This document shows, in pieces, positions 18,980 through 27,879 of a DNA stretch of 64,000 nt. Position numbers and translations under genes: made by a program. Source of the stretch: an archaeon GW2011_AR5. GTDB lineage: Archaea; Aenigmatarchaeota; Aenigmatarchaeia; GW2011-AR5. Under the pieces are notes generated by a model, which was not told where the DNA came from, ran no database searches, and saw only the letters and a list, made by a program, of their open reading frames with translations. The stretch spans positions 174,551-238,550 of the forward strand of contig JWKQ01000002.1 of the NCBI GenBank assembly GCA_000806115.1, written 5' to 3'. Positions within the stretch are counted from its first letter, which is position 1, and every line of letters starts with the position of its first letter.

Positions 18980-19837
18980 CTACCCTGTCGGAGACGTAGC
19001 CCTGATAAGTATGATGAATGCTATTGAGAGCGCCGGGAGCAGCAGGAATACGACCATTGTCTGGACCAGTATAGTGCCAAGTCCTGCCGAAATTGTAGAT
19101 ATGATTGAGGACAGCACTATGAAGAATATTGAGCCGGTTATTATGAGGGTGAGATACATCTCCACGTAAAGCGACAGGTCCTGGGAGTACTTGCGTATAC
19201 GCCTGCGGTAGTCGCCCATCAGCTCGTTGCTTCTGTCCTTCAGGTAGGAGCCCAGATTGCCGCCGCTTGTTATCATGGTGTTTATCCCGTATAGCAGATC
19301 CCTGAATTCCTTCGATGGTGTGATTTTTGCCTGTTTTTTTATAGCAGCAGCCGTTGTCATGCCGAATAGTTCGACATCTCTCACTATGTTCTCCGCCTCT
19401 TTGCTCAGCTCCCCGTACTCCTTGAATTCGCTGAGCGTCTTGAATATGATTATAGGGGGCACATTCGACCTGGCTATCGTTGCCATGTAGCTTACAGAAA
19501 AGGGCAGTATTTTCTTTATCTTGTTTCCCCTGCTTTTTGATGCCGTTTTGGGGTATGAATAGAAAAGGAAGAACAATATGCCCGATATGGTCATCGAAAG
19601 GGTAAATGCCAGTATAACGGCAATTATGGGCGTCACAAGAAGGCCGAATATGAACGAGAGCATAGTAGCTTCGATTATGAAAGTCACAACCGTGGTGAAC
19701 AGGGCTATGGAAAGATACTCCTCAAGCGTATAGCTGATGTTCGCCTGGCGCAGCTCCTCCTTGATGTCAAGGAAGTACGGCTTCGCATACCTCACAAGAT
19801 TGCCGAAAAGTCTGTAGGATACGCCTGCATAACTCAT
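18980..19837 (-). CDS. Type II/IV secretion system F-family membrane platform (TadB/TadC-like)
   Basis: LPFSVSYMA, YGELSKEA..IVRDVELFG, TPSKEF, SGGNL. Confidence 0.85.
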   Translation of the reverse strand: MSYAGVSYRLFGNLVRYAKPYFLDIKEELRQANISYTLEEYLSIALFTTVVTFIIEATMLSFIFGLLVTPIIAVILAFTLSMTISGILFFLFYSYPKTASKSRGNKIKKILPFSVSYMATIARSNVPPIIIFKTLSEFKEYGELSKEAENIVRDVELFGMTTAAAIKKQAKITPSKEFRDLLYGINTMITSGGNLGSYLKDRSNELMGDYRRRIRKYSQDLSLYVEMYLTLIITGSIFFIVLSSIISTISAGLGTILVQTMVVFLLLPALSIAFIILIRATSPTG

Positions 19838-19909
19838 TTTATAGCACCAATAATGATTTGCACGCGGGGGAATATTAAGGTTTTAAAAGATTTCTGACAT
19901 CTGTGGGAT

Positions 19910-20152
19910 ATGGGTTACGGAACATTTGCTGGAGAGGTTCTAAGAGACCGGGATTTGACAAGGTTAGGAAACCTTGAACAGACTGAAAGAACTTTGAGAG
20001 GGTATTTTCAAGTTGTAAATGGCGAAAGATTGAACCATTCCGATATGCCATTGGTGAAAGATGCGTTCTGGTTTGCGTATGAGAGAGGATGGTCAGATGG
20101 AATGGGAAATGCCATGAATATTGTTGCTGATACCAGGAAAATCCCTGTTTAA
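19910..20152 (+). CDS. Hypothetical protein (opposite strand within pilus locus)
   Basis: 80-aa ORF filling the gap between ATPase and platform genes. Confidence 0.55.
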   Translation: MGYGTFAGEVLRDRDLTRLGNLEQTERTLRGYFQVVNGERLNHSDMPLVKDAFWFAYERGWSDGMGNAMNIVADTRKIPV

Positions 20153-20164
20153 ATCAGACGTTTT

Positions 20165-21886
20165 CTATACGTCTCCCTCAATACGTCCCATGAGAAAGTC
20201 CGGAGAAAGGTAAAACATGCCGATGACCGACGCTATTTTTCTATAGTCTGTTATGTCCTTCTTCACGAGCCATTTAATCACCTTGGCTCTCTGTTCAAGC
20301 TCCTTCGCTATCTGGGCGTCATCGAGCCCCGTAATTCCGGAGACTTTCTTGAGAAGCGCGCTCGTGTTCATGGTCTTGAAGTCGTCGCTCTTTGCTTCCC
20401 AGTTGAAAACTTCGTTGGTGATGGGAACTTTCGCTTCGTTGTCGAAGCCTGCAACTTCAATGGCTGAAAAAATTCGTCTGTTGTATTTTCTTCCCTGCTT
20501 GACGCGTTTCATGAACAGTATGAGATCGAGGTTTTCCATGAGGTTGATGGGAAGGCTGATTGGCGGCGATGTCATCCTGTCAACCAGTTTTGAGAAATTC
20601 TCGGCGTGTATCGTAGACAGCCCGGGGTGCCCGACAGCCATCTGCTGGAAGAGAACATACGCCTCCTTTCCTCGCACTTCCCCGACGATGATATAATCAG
20701 GGCGCTGCCTCAGCGATTCGCGCAGCAGCTCGAACATGTCCACTTTTCCTTCCTCAGATATTGGAGTGCGCGCCACTTCGGGAACCCAGTGGGTGTGCGG
20801 CAGCCTTATTTCAGATGTGTCCTCAATGCTTATGATTTTCATCTGCGGTTTTATGAAAAGCGAGAGGACGTTGAGCAGCGAGGTTTTGCCCGATGCGGTG
20901 CCGCCTGATATAAGCACCGATGAGCCGTGCTCTATGAGCATCCAGAAGTACGCCATCATCTTCAGGTCGCATGTCCCCGATTTTATCAGGTCAACGGGGG
21001 TCATTGGCTTGTCAGAAAACATTCTTATTGTGAAGTTGCTGCCGTTCCTGGCTATGTCGCTGCCCAGCGTGGCCTGAAGACGGGAGCCGTTCGGAAGCGT
21101 GCCGTCAAGCAGCGGCTTCGCAACGGATATCGCGCGCCCGCACCTTTCCGACAGTTTGTTGACGAACGAGTCAAGCTCGTCCCTGTTTGTGAATGTTATC
21201 GAGGTCCTGACCGAGCCGAATTGCGGGAGTCTGTGGTAGACGAATATCGGTATGTTGGCGCCGTCGCAAGATATGTCTTCTATGTATTTGTCCTGCATGA
21301 GAGGTTCTATTTTCTCCATGCCTATGAAGTCGCGAACCACGTAGTATCTGAGAACTTCAGCGGATTCCTTGTCAAGCTTGACATTGAAGTATGAAAGGGC
21401 TTTTGAGAACACGACATTCAGGTAGTTTACGGCGTCTCCTTTCCTTATCTGGCTGAAATTGATGTCAAGCTTCTCCTCTATGTACTCTTTTATCGAATTC
21501 AGGAGCTGCTGGTCCGGCACGGGCGGCTCAACCACGTTATAAACCAGCTCTCCGGCACGCCTGTCGAAATAGATATGCGCATAGGCGAACACCCTCTCGC
21601 CTTTTGCGGGATTCGAGGGTATAAGCGGATATTTCATGTCAGTCCTCTGTATTTCCTCAAGGTCCGGTATTAGCTGCTTCTCCGTCTTTATGTCGGGAAC
21701 CGCCACTCCGTCTATGGAATAAGTGCGCTGCCGTGCCGGAAGAATCTGCATCTGAAGCGGCGCGCCCGCTTGCCATGCAGGTGCCTGTGCAGATTCAATC
21801 ATTCCGGTCTTCATGCTTTCCTCCTTCCTCGGGTTCACCGCGAACCCGCGGCCCCCCTTAACACTGAAAAAAAGTTTCTTCTCCAT
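20165..21886 (-). CDS. Type IV pilus assembly ATPase (VirB11/ArlI family)
   Basis: GGTASGKT, SIEDTSE, LRQRPDYIIVGEVRG, STIHA. Confidence 0.93.
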   Translation of the reverse strand: MEKKLFFSVKGGRGFAVNPRKEESMKTGMIESAQAPAWQAGAPLQMQILPARQRTYSIDGVAVPDIKTEKQLIPDLEEIQRTDMKYPLIPSNPAKGERVFAYAHIYFDRRAGELVYNVVEPPVPDQQLLNSIKEYIEEKLDINFSQIRKGDAVNYLNVVFSKALSYFNVKLDKESAEVLRYYVVRDFIGMEKIEPLMQDKYIEDISCDGANIPIFVYHRLPQFGSVRTSITFTNRDELDSFVNKLSERCGRAISVAKPLLDGTLPNGSRLQATLGSDIARNGSNFTIRMFSDKPMTPVDLIKSGTCDLKMMAYFWMLIEHGSSVLISGGTASGKTSLLNVLSLFIKPQMKIISIEDTSEIRLPHTHWVPEVARTPISEEGKVDMFELLRESLRQRPDYIIVGEVRGKEAYVLFQQMAVGHPGLSTIHAENFSKLVDRMTSPPISLPINLMENLDLILFMKRVKQGRKYNRRIFSAIEVAGFDNEAKVPITNEVFNWEAKSDDFKTMNTSALLKKVSGITGLDDAQIAKELEQRAKVIKWLVKKDITDYRKIASVIGMFYLSPDFLMGRIEGDV

Positions 21887-21887
21887 G

Positions 21888-22343
21888 TTACCGCCTTAGA
21901 ATCGTTATTTTCTCGTTCTTCACTATTTCAATGAACTGAGCGCTGCTAACTACTTCGCTGTTGTTGATGACGTTGTTGCTAGTAATTGTATTGTCATGGT
22001 TTATATTAAAGAGTTTTTTCCTGACAGACTCTGTCCCGTCAAGTTTGGTTATTATTAGCTCCCCATCCCCCTCAGCGCCTTCCCTGAGAGCAATCATGTA
22101 GATGCTGTCGGAAATCTTGTCCGGTATCACCAGCCTCACTGATGCATTGTTCTCGTGTGCGACTTTTATCACTGCAGTTGCGACAACGTCGGCAACACTG
22201 TTCATCTGGTCCTCGAACGTTATTTTCATTGTAGAGTCCTGAAGGCTGTTGAAATTGACTATCACGTAGCCTGTAATCAGGATGCCCACGGAAAATAGAA
22301 TAATCTCGCTTATTATCCTGTATTGTCCTTTGCTATGTCTCAT
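21888..22343 (-). CDS. Pilin-like protein
   Basis: KG|QYRIISE class III signal peptide. Confidence 0.7.
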   Translation of the reverse strand: MRHSKGQYRIISEIILFSVGILITGYVIVNFNSLQDSTMKITFEDQMNSVADVVATAVIKVAHENNASVRLVIPDKISDSIYMIALREGAEGDGELIITKLDGTESVRKKLFNINHDNTITSNNVINNSEVVSSAQFIEIVKNEKITILRR

Positions 22344-22421
22344 GTTAAGATGTTCTGCCGAGGTAGATATTAAGATTTTTAGTCTGAAAAGTGAGGCGTC
22401 AACGGGTGTCTTTATCGCAAT

Positions 22422-22476
22422 GGATGCTATGCAAGGAAACTCGCAACTTCGGGTTAGACGTGGATATTAGGAGCAT
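22422..22476. repeat. Family C 55-bp element (related to 45081-45135)
   Basis: Shares GGATGCTATGC, GAAACYCGCAMCTT and TATTAGGAGCAT with 45081; same length. Confidence 0.55.
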
Positions 22477-22507
22477 ATCATTGCAGTTTTTTTCAGAAAA
22501 AAAAGAT

Positions 22508-23155
22508 TTAGATGATGGAAATTTCCACGTTGCTGGTAACCAGCGTCCTTCCAAGAACAGGCGTCGTGACATCGCCCCTGTTCTCCATTATTATGGTTTT
22601 GTCCTGGCCGCCGGCTGCGCCCGAGCCTGTAAGGCCGATTTTGAAGTCCCTCAGGGAATTGTCGTTCTTCAGCTGGATATATGTTAGCGTGTACTCATTC
22701 CTGTAGTTATTTTCTCTAAGCTTGACGCTTTTCACGTTGAACAGGACTGGGTCGTCAATTCCCCAAGTCCCGTAGAACTCTCCGCCGCTCTGTTCCAGTG
22801 TGCTGAGCGTGTTCCTCCCCAGGGGTATCTCGGCATCGGTCGCGTAAATTGTACCTTCCGTTTCAATGGTAAGTTTTATTTCCATCTGCGGGTCAAGCTC
22901 TGTGCCGACGTTCTCGAAGCTCACGATTCCCGGCACGGGTATAATAATCTGGTCCCTGCCCCCGTTGTTCGCGACAGATCTTATCTTCTCGTCCAGCTGG
23001 CGCATGAAAGCCTCAGAAGTTTCCAGCAGGGAGATGTCCTTGTTCTTCTGGATGAGCGGTACTCCCCAAAAATAGACAGAACCCACGACGCCGATAAGTA
23101 TGCCGGAGATGAGCACTGCCGAAAGCGCCTCCTGCTGCCCCTTGCTAAACCTCAT
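22508..23155 (-). CDS. Pilin-like protein
   Basis: MRFSKG|QQEALSAVLI..YFWGVPLI class III signal peptide. Confidence 0.75.
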   Translation of the reverse strand: MRFSKGQQEALSAVLISGILIGVVGSVYFWGVPLIQKNKDISLLETSEAFMRQLDEKIRSVANNGGRDQIIIPVPGIVSFENVGTELDPQMEIKLTIETEGTIYATDAEIPLGRNTLSTLEQSGGEFYGTWGIDDPVLFNVKSVKLRENNYRNEYTLTYIQLKNDNSLRDFKIGLTGSGAAGGQDKTIIMENRGDVTTPVLGRTLVTSNVEISII

Positions 23156-23181
23156 AGAAACTATTTGGTGAAAGGGTAATT

Positions 23182-23269
23182 TATAGTTCTCCAAGGAAAA
23201 ATCCTGCATATTTCCTTGGGGACTGTGTGAACTCGCAATGCATGTCCGAACCCTTGCGGGTTCGCTACA
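23182..23269 (-). repeat. Family A double-hairpin element
   Basis: TATAGTTCTCCAAGGAAA..TTTCCTTGGGGAC and GTGAACTCGCAA..TTGCGGGTTCGC. Confidence 0.8.
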
Positions 23270-23298
23270 AATGTGCAAAAACCCTCAGAAAATGGCGC

Positions 23299-23727
23299 TT
23301 AGACAGGCAGAGGTCTTCTCTGTAAAGGCATCGGCGCGCGTATCTGCTTTGCCTTCATCGTGGAAAGCAGCAGGGAGTTTATCCGCTTCTCAAGCTTCTC
23401 TATCCTATGGTCGACTTCAGGACTCCTCTGTTCCGGCGCAATAGCGGCGGCAGGCTCGCTTTCACTAACCTCGACGCGCTCAAGGAAGTCGCCCATCCTT
23501 TCCGTAAGCTCGCTCACTTTTGCGTTCAGGTCGGAAACCTTGTTTATCATCTCGCTGTTTATCTTTACCACTTCGTCGATTATCTTCTGGTTTGTGCGCA
23601 CGACGTCTATGAGCTCCTTCACCATCTCGTTGTTGGTGCCGCCCTTCTCTATCTTCTCCATCCGCTTCTCTATGCGTCGCAACGGTCCGACCGGGACCAA
23701 TTCATATTCTTCCTCTTCAATAGGCAT
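23299..23727 (-). CDS. Coiled-coil hypothetical protein
   Basis: YELVPVGPLRRIEKR start, heptad pattern. Confidence 0.65.
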   Translation of the reverse strand: MPIEEEEYELVPVGPLRRIEKRMEKIEKGGTNNEMVKELIDVVRTNQKIIDEVVKINSEMINKVSDLNAKVSELTERMGDFLERVEVSESEPAAAIAPEQRSPEVDHRIEKLEKRINSLLLSTMKAKQIRAPMPLQRRPLPV

Positions 23728-23778
23728 ACTTACCTTATGTCGGAGGGGGTATAAAAAGTTTAGAACAAACGCATAGGT

Positions 23779-23851
23779 AATAGGAGCAGTAAAGCTTCGC
23801 TTTCTACAGATAAGGATAGTAATGCATTAGAAAGGAGTACCCTTTCTCGGC
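23779..23851. repeat. Imperfect direct repeat, copy 1 (3' of NUDIX gene)
   Basis: AATAGGAGCA..TAAGGATAGTAATGCATTAGAAAGGAGTACCCTTTCTCGGC. Confidence 0.75.
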
Positions 23852-24252
23852 TAGTCAATCAGGTTTTTCGTCTTCAAATCAGCCAGAATCAGCCGGTCGA
23901 CAGGCGAACTCCTTTCAGAATCTGCATCGCCTGAGGTTATCCACACAATCCTTTCCACTTCAGCAGAAGGCTTCATCTCCCCTTCGAATTCCGCAGTGTA
24001 GCATGTCATTTTTACTATGACGCCTTCGGCTTTTCCGTGTGCCTGTGCCATGAAAGTCCCGTAAAGTTTGATTGTGGGTGGTATAATATCAACAGAAAGC
24101 TCTTCCTTTATCTCACGGATTAGAGCCTGTCCGTCTGTTTCGCCTTTTTCGCGCTTCCCTCCGGGTATGTAGTAGGTGTCCTTTCCCTTGGATATTGTCG
24201 AGAGAACTTTCCTGTCCTTTATCAGTATCCAGGCCAGCTTGTCTATTTCCAT
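23851..24252 (-). CDS. NUDIX hydrolase
   Basis: PGGKREKGETDGQALIREIKEEL Nudix box. Confidence 0.9.
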   Translation of the reverse strand: MEIDKLAWILIKDRKVLSTISKGKDTYYIPGGKREKGETDGQALIREIKEELSVDIIPPTIKLYGTFMAQAHGKAEGVIVKMTCYTAEFEGEMKPSAEVERIVWITSGDADSERSSPVDRLILADLKTKNLID

Positions 24253-24276
24253 GAGTAATTGTGAATAGAAAAATTT

Positions 24277-24343
24277 AATAGGAGCAAGCGTAGCTTGCGA
24301 CTTAAGGAAAGTAAAGCCTTAGAAAGGAATACCCTTTCTCGGC
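24277..24343. repeat. Imperfect direct repeat, copy 2 (3' of thermosome gene)
   Basis: AATAGGAGCA..TAAGGAAAGTAAAGCCTTAGAAAGGAATACCCTTTCTCGGC. Confidence 0.75.
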
Positions 24344-24344
24344 A

Positions 24345-25979
24345 TTACTCGCCGTAGTCTTCCATGCCGCCCATTCCGCCCGGCATCCCCGGAGGCGGGC
24401 CTGATGGGGCTCTGGACTTGATTACATCGTCTATGCGAAGTATCATCTCTGCCGCCTCGCTTGCCGATTTTATTGCCTGGGTCTTGATTTTCAGCGGCTC
24501 GATTACTCCAAGAGCCTTCATGTCTGCAAGCTCCCCGTTCATGACGTCAATGCCGAAGGTTGTCTTGCCCTTTTCATGCAACGTGCGGAGGTTAACCAAA
24601 AGGTCTATCGCGTCCTTGCCGGTGCTCTCTGCCAGCGTGCGCGGGATTATTTCTATCGCTTCCGCAAAGCAGTTTATCGCCAGCTGCTCACGCCCGCCTA
24701 CAGTCTCCGCGTACTCACGCAGTTTGCGTGCAATCTCTATCTCAACCGCGCCGCCGCCGGCAACGAACTTGCCCATCTCGACAGCGCTTATGATGCCAAG
24801 AACCGCGTCGTCCATCGCCCTCTGAGCCTCGTCTACGACGTGCTCGGTTCCGCCCCTCACCAATATCGAGACGGCTTTCGGGTCCTTGCAGTCGCGGACG
24901 AATATCATCTCTTCACCCGCGATTTTCAGCTCTTCCACGAGCCCGGCATTGCCTATGTCCTCTTTTGTAAGCTCGTCTATGCTTGAAACTATGTTTGCGC
25001 CCGTTGCCTTTGCCAGCTTTTCTATGTCGGATTTTTTGACCCTTCTTGCAGCTGCGATGCCCGCTTTTGCCAGGTAGTGCTGCGCCAGGTCATCAATCCC
25101 CTTCTGGCAGAAGACTACGTTGCATCCGCTGTCAACGACCTTCTTGACCATGTCCTTGAGCATTCTTGATTCCTGTTCTATGAATGCCTGTAGCTGATGG
25201 GGGTCTGTTATCCGAATCTCCGCTGACGTTTCCGTCTCCTTTACCTCCAGAGCGGCATCAAGAAGCGCGATTTTGGCGTTCTTTATGTGCTTTGGCATGT
25301 TTGAGTGGACGATTTCCTTGTCTATTACTATTCCCTTTATGAGTTCCGTGTCGTCTATAGAGCCGCCCTGCTTCTTCTCTATCTTGACGTCGCTCTTGTC
25401 TATAACAGGCTTGCCGTTGCGAACCTCTGTCACTGCCTTGACAGCCTGCACTGCAAGCTTCGCGAGCGGCTCGCGGGCTGCTTCGCTGCTTTTGCCCGTC
25501 ATTGCTGTCATGGCTATTTTCTCCAGCATTTCCGTGTCGTCTATGTTGATGTCATCGCTGATTTTCATTACGACTTCAAGAGCCTTGGCTTTTGCAAGAC
25601 GGTATCCGCGAACTATCATCGTGGGATGTATGTCCTGGTCAAGGAGCAGCTCTGACTTTTTCAGAAGCTCCCCTGTGAGCACCACAGCCGTTGTTGTGCC
25701 GTCTCCCACCTCGTCTTCCTGGGTTTTGGCGACTTCAACTATCATCTTTGCAGCAGGGTGTTCGATTTCCATCTCCTTGAGAATGGTTGCGCCGTCATTG
25801 GTGATGGTAACGTCGCCTATAGAATCGACAAGCATTTTGTCCATGCCTTTCGGGCCCAGAGTCGTGCGAACCTGGTCTGCAACAGCCTTTGCAGCTGCTA
25901 TGTTCTGGGACTGTGCGTCCCTGCCGGTTGTCCTGAGAGTACCCTCAGGCAGTATGAATATTGGTTGTGCTCCGTTCAT
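24345..25979 (-). CDS. ths: Thermosome subunit (group II chaperonin)
   Basis: [26 protein letters not shown] tail. Confidence 0.97.
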   Translation of the reverse strand: MNGAQPIFILPEGTLRTTGRDAQSQNIAAAKAVADQVRTTLGPKGMDKMLVDSIGDVTITNDGATILKEMEIEHPAAKMIVEVAKTQEDEVGDGTTTAVVLTGELLKKSELLLDQDIHPTMIVRGYRLAKAKALEVVMKISDDINIDDTEMLEKIAMTAMTGKSSEAAREPLAKLAVQAVKAVTEVRNGKPVIDKSDVKIEKKQGGSIDDTELIKGIVIDKEIVHSNMPKHIKNAKIALLDAALEVKETETSAEIRITDPHQLQAFIEQESRMLKDMVKKVVDSGCNVVFCQKGIDDLAQHYLAKAGIAAARRVKKSDIEKLAKATGANIVSSIDELTKEDIGNAGLVEELKIAGEEMIFVRDCKDPKAVSILVRGGTEHVVDEAQRAMDDAVLGIISAVEMGKFVAGGGAVEIEIARKLREYAETVGGREQLAINCFAEAIEIIPRTLAESTGKDAIDLLVNLRTLHEKGKTTFGIDVMNGELADMKALGVIEPLKIKTQAIKSASEAAEMILRIDDVIKSRAPSGPPPGMPGGMGGMEDYGE

Positions 25980-26261
25980 CTTAATCACTCCTTTTTGATC
26001 GAATTTCTAATATCAGAATATCCTTGTTCGTATGACCTGTGAAGGGCGCAAAGTTCTTCCGGCGTAACGTATTTCGCTATCCGTGAATCGTGCAATCCAG
26101 GATCCGGCTTGGCGGCTTCCATCAAAACGCCCTCTGAACCTGTAGAGGCGGTGCACGCCTTCCGGCTGAACTATTCCCTGAATTTCCATAAGCTCACAGT
26201 ATACTTTCATGCACATTATGACAGAAAGCTTCTTAAGCGTTCTTTTTGAGGAGAAAAATAA

Positions 26262-26397
26262 TGGGCCGAATGAGATTTGAACTCATGACCTTCTGCTGGC
26301 TTAGACGTTTTCAGGCTATGCCAAGATGCTTTGATTTTGTTTGTTATCAAAGCACGTCATATAAGACAGATGCTCTACCAAGCTAAGCTACCGGCCC
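26262..26397 (-). tRNA. tRNA-Ile(TAT) with canonical 62-nt intron (26298-26359)
   Basis: GGGCCGG/TCGGCCC-A; TCTGT-CT-TAT-A|..|A-GCAGA; BHB helix CTTA/TAAG. Confidence 0.88.
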
Positions 26398-26449
26398 GTT
26401 TCTTCAACTAGAGTTGATTACAGTTTTTATAAACTTTCTCTTTGGCGTA

Positions 26450-26544
26450 TATAGTGAACCTCAATTCATGTAGGGATTCTTTTGCGGGTTCACTTATAGT
26501 GTCCAAGTAAGTATAATATCTTAAAGTTTACTTGGAGCACTATA
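26450..26544 (+). repeat. Family A double-hairpin element
   Basis: 95 bp; TATAGTGAACC..GGTTCAC-TTATAGTGTCCAAGTAA..TTACTTGGAGCACTATA. Confidence 0.85.
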
Positions 26545-26547
26545 ACT

Positions 26548-27426
26548 ATGCTAATCCGGGAAATCGAGGGGATGCTGGCTGACAAAGGTTTTGGATACTG
26601 CGAGTACGGCGGCTGCTTTGACATAGCGGCAAGAAAAAGCGAATCAATGATGCTGATCAAGGTTCTTACCAACATCGATTCCCTCCAGGAGGAGCAGGCG
26701 CAGAACCTGAAGATACTCTCCCGCGAGCTCGACGCCAAGCCTGTGGTTGTCGGGCTTCACACCAGGAGGGAGAAGCTTTCCAACAATATTATTTACGAAA
26801 GGTTCGAAATTCCGGCTCTTACGCCGAGAACCCTTGAGAACATAATTGGCGGGCTCTTCCCGGAGATATACAGGTTCCGGGGCGGCATGTTCGTGGAGAT
26901 AAATCCCCAAACCCTGAAGGACGCGCGAGAAAATGCGGATTTAAGCCAGTCGGAACTCGCAAGGAAAGTAGGCGTTACGAAGAAAAGCATATACGAGCAC
27001 GAGTCAAGGAAACTGAAAATCGTCTACAAGAACGCCGTCAGGATAGAGAAAGTTCTGAAAACCAAGATAATTCTGCCGCTTGAGATGAAAGTGTCTTACG
27101 AAACCGAGACCGCCCCCAGAAGCGAATTCGAAACCAAGATTTCCGGAAATTTCAAGCGAATCGGTTTTGACACAGGTTTCGTTTACCAGTCTCCGTTCAA
27201 CATGATAGCCAAGGAAAAGAATTTCACGCTGCTTTCGGACGTCGAGGAATCCGGGAAGCAGATCCGGAAAAACGTGCCTCACATCTCGGAATTCTCAAAA
27301 CTTGCCGGAAAGTCGGCTGTGATAATAACCAGGGAAGAATTCAATTTTGACATACCCACAATCCGCGAGGAAGAGCTGTCGTCCATGAAGTGCAACGACA
27401 TCAAGCGCCTTGTAAAGAACTGGTAA
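26548..27426 (+). CDS. Conserved archaeal HTH transcriptional regulator (COG1395-like)
   Basis: CFDIAAR..IKVLTNIDS N-terminal domain plus Cro/C1 HTH LSQSELARKVGVTKKSIYEHE. Confidence 0.85.
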   Translation: MLIREIEGMLADKGFGYCEYGGCFDIAARKSESMMLIKVLTNIDSLQEEQAQNLKILSRELDAKPVVVGLHTRREKLSNNIIYERFEIPALTPRTLENIIGGLFPEIYRFRGGMFVEINPQTLKDARENADLSQSELARKVGVTKKSIYEHESRKLKIVYKNAVRIEKVLKTKIILPLEMKVSYETETAPRSEFETKISGNFKRIGFDTGFVYQSPFNMIAKEKNFTLLSDVEESGKQIRKNVPHISEFSKLAGKSAVIITREEFNFDIPTIREEELSSMKCNDIKRLVKNW

Positions 27427-27525
27427 TTTTTGATTAAACTTTTTCCTAAAAAGTTTATGAGAATAAAAAAAAGAACTAGAAAGCGTCCTTGCAAAAATCT
27501 AAATTAGACTGAAATCAAACCCGAA

Positions 27526-27555
27526 TTATTTCTTCTTTTTCTTTTTTGCTGCCAT
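27526..27555 (-). CDS. Putative micro-peptide MAAKKKKKK
   Basis: GGTGA SD 5 nt before ATG, TTTATAAT box upstream. Confidence 0.4.
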   Translation of the reverse strand: MAAKKKKKK

Positions 27556-27568
27556 TTATATCACCATT

Positions 27569-27641
27569 CAATGCGAAGCAAATGAATAATAATTGCGTAT
27601 TATAAATTTGCTTCGCTTAAAGCATTTTTTGAAATGCTTTA
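27569..27641 (+). repeat. Short Family A-like element (17726 subtype)
   Basis: GCGAAGCAAAT..TATTATAAATTTGCTTCGC-TTAAAGCATTT..AAATGCTTTA. Confidence 0.6.
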
Positions 27642-27674
27642 TGTAAAATAATGTTCTGATTTCATATATATAGT

Positions 27675-27769
27675 TATAGTGAACCCAGAAAATAAACAGG
27701 ACATGAATTCTGGGTTCACAGATAGTTCCCAAGGAATTAATATCAGTAATGTTTCCTTGGAGAACTATA
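27675..27769 (+). repeat. Family A double-hairpin element, followed by further units to ~27840
   Basis: 95 bp, nearly identical to 628 and 35605; followed by TATAACCCAGAAA..TTTTTGGGTTATA and TATAGTGAACCCGCAAA. Confidence 0.9.
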
Positions 27770-27879
27770 ACCCAGAAAAAAACTTAGAACATTTTTGGGT
27801 TATAGTGAACCCGCAAAAGAATCCGGACGTGTTTGTGGGCCCTGAAAAATAAAATTCGCCGGAAAATAGGGAGTTTCCC

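Noticed and set aside
16110-23155. Archaellum operon
   Set aside because: No archaellin, ArlH, ArlF or ArlG; two separate platform genes fit a type IV pilus
22508-23278. Long N-terminal extensions of track ORFs (also 17845-18873, 8656-9330, 5268-5684)
   Set aside because: They run through repeat or intergenic DNA; downstream starts give proper signal peptides or family N-termini
24364-25998. Long antisense ORFs over the thermosome and other core genes
   Set aside because: Shadow ORFs from codon bias on the opposite strand, with no protein motifs
26013-26216. 67-aa ORF or ncRNA upstream of the thermosome
   Set aside because: No recognisable motif or strong structure; insufficient support either way
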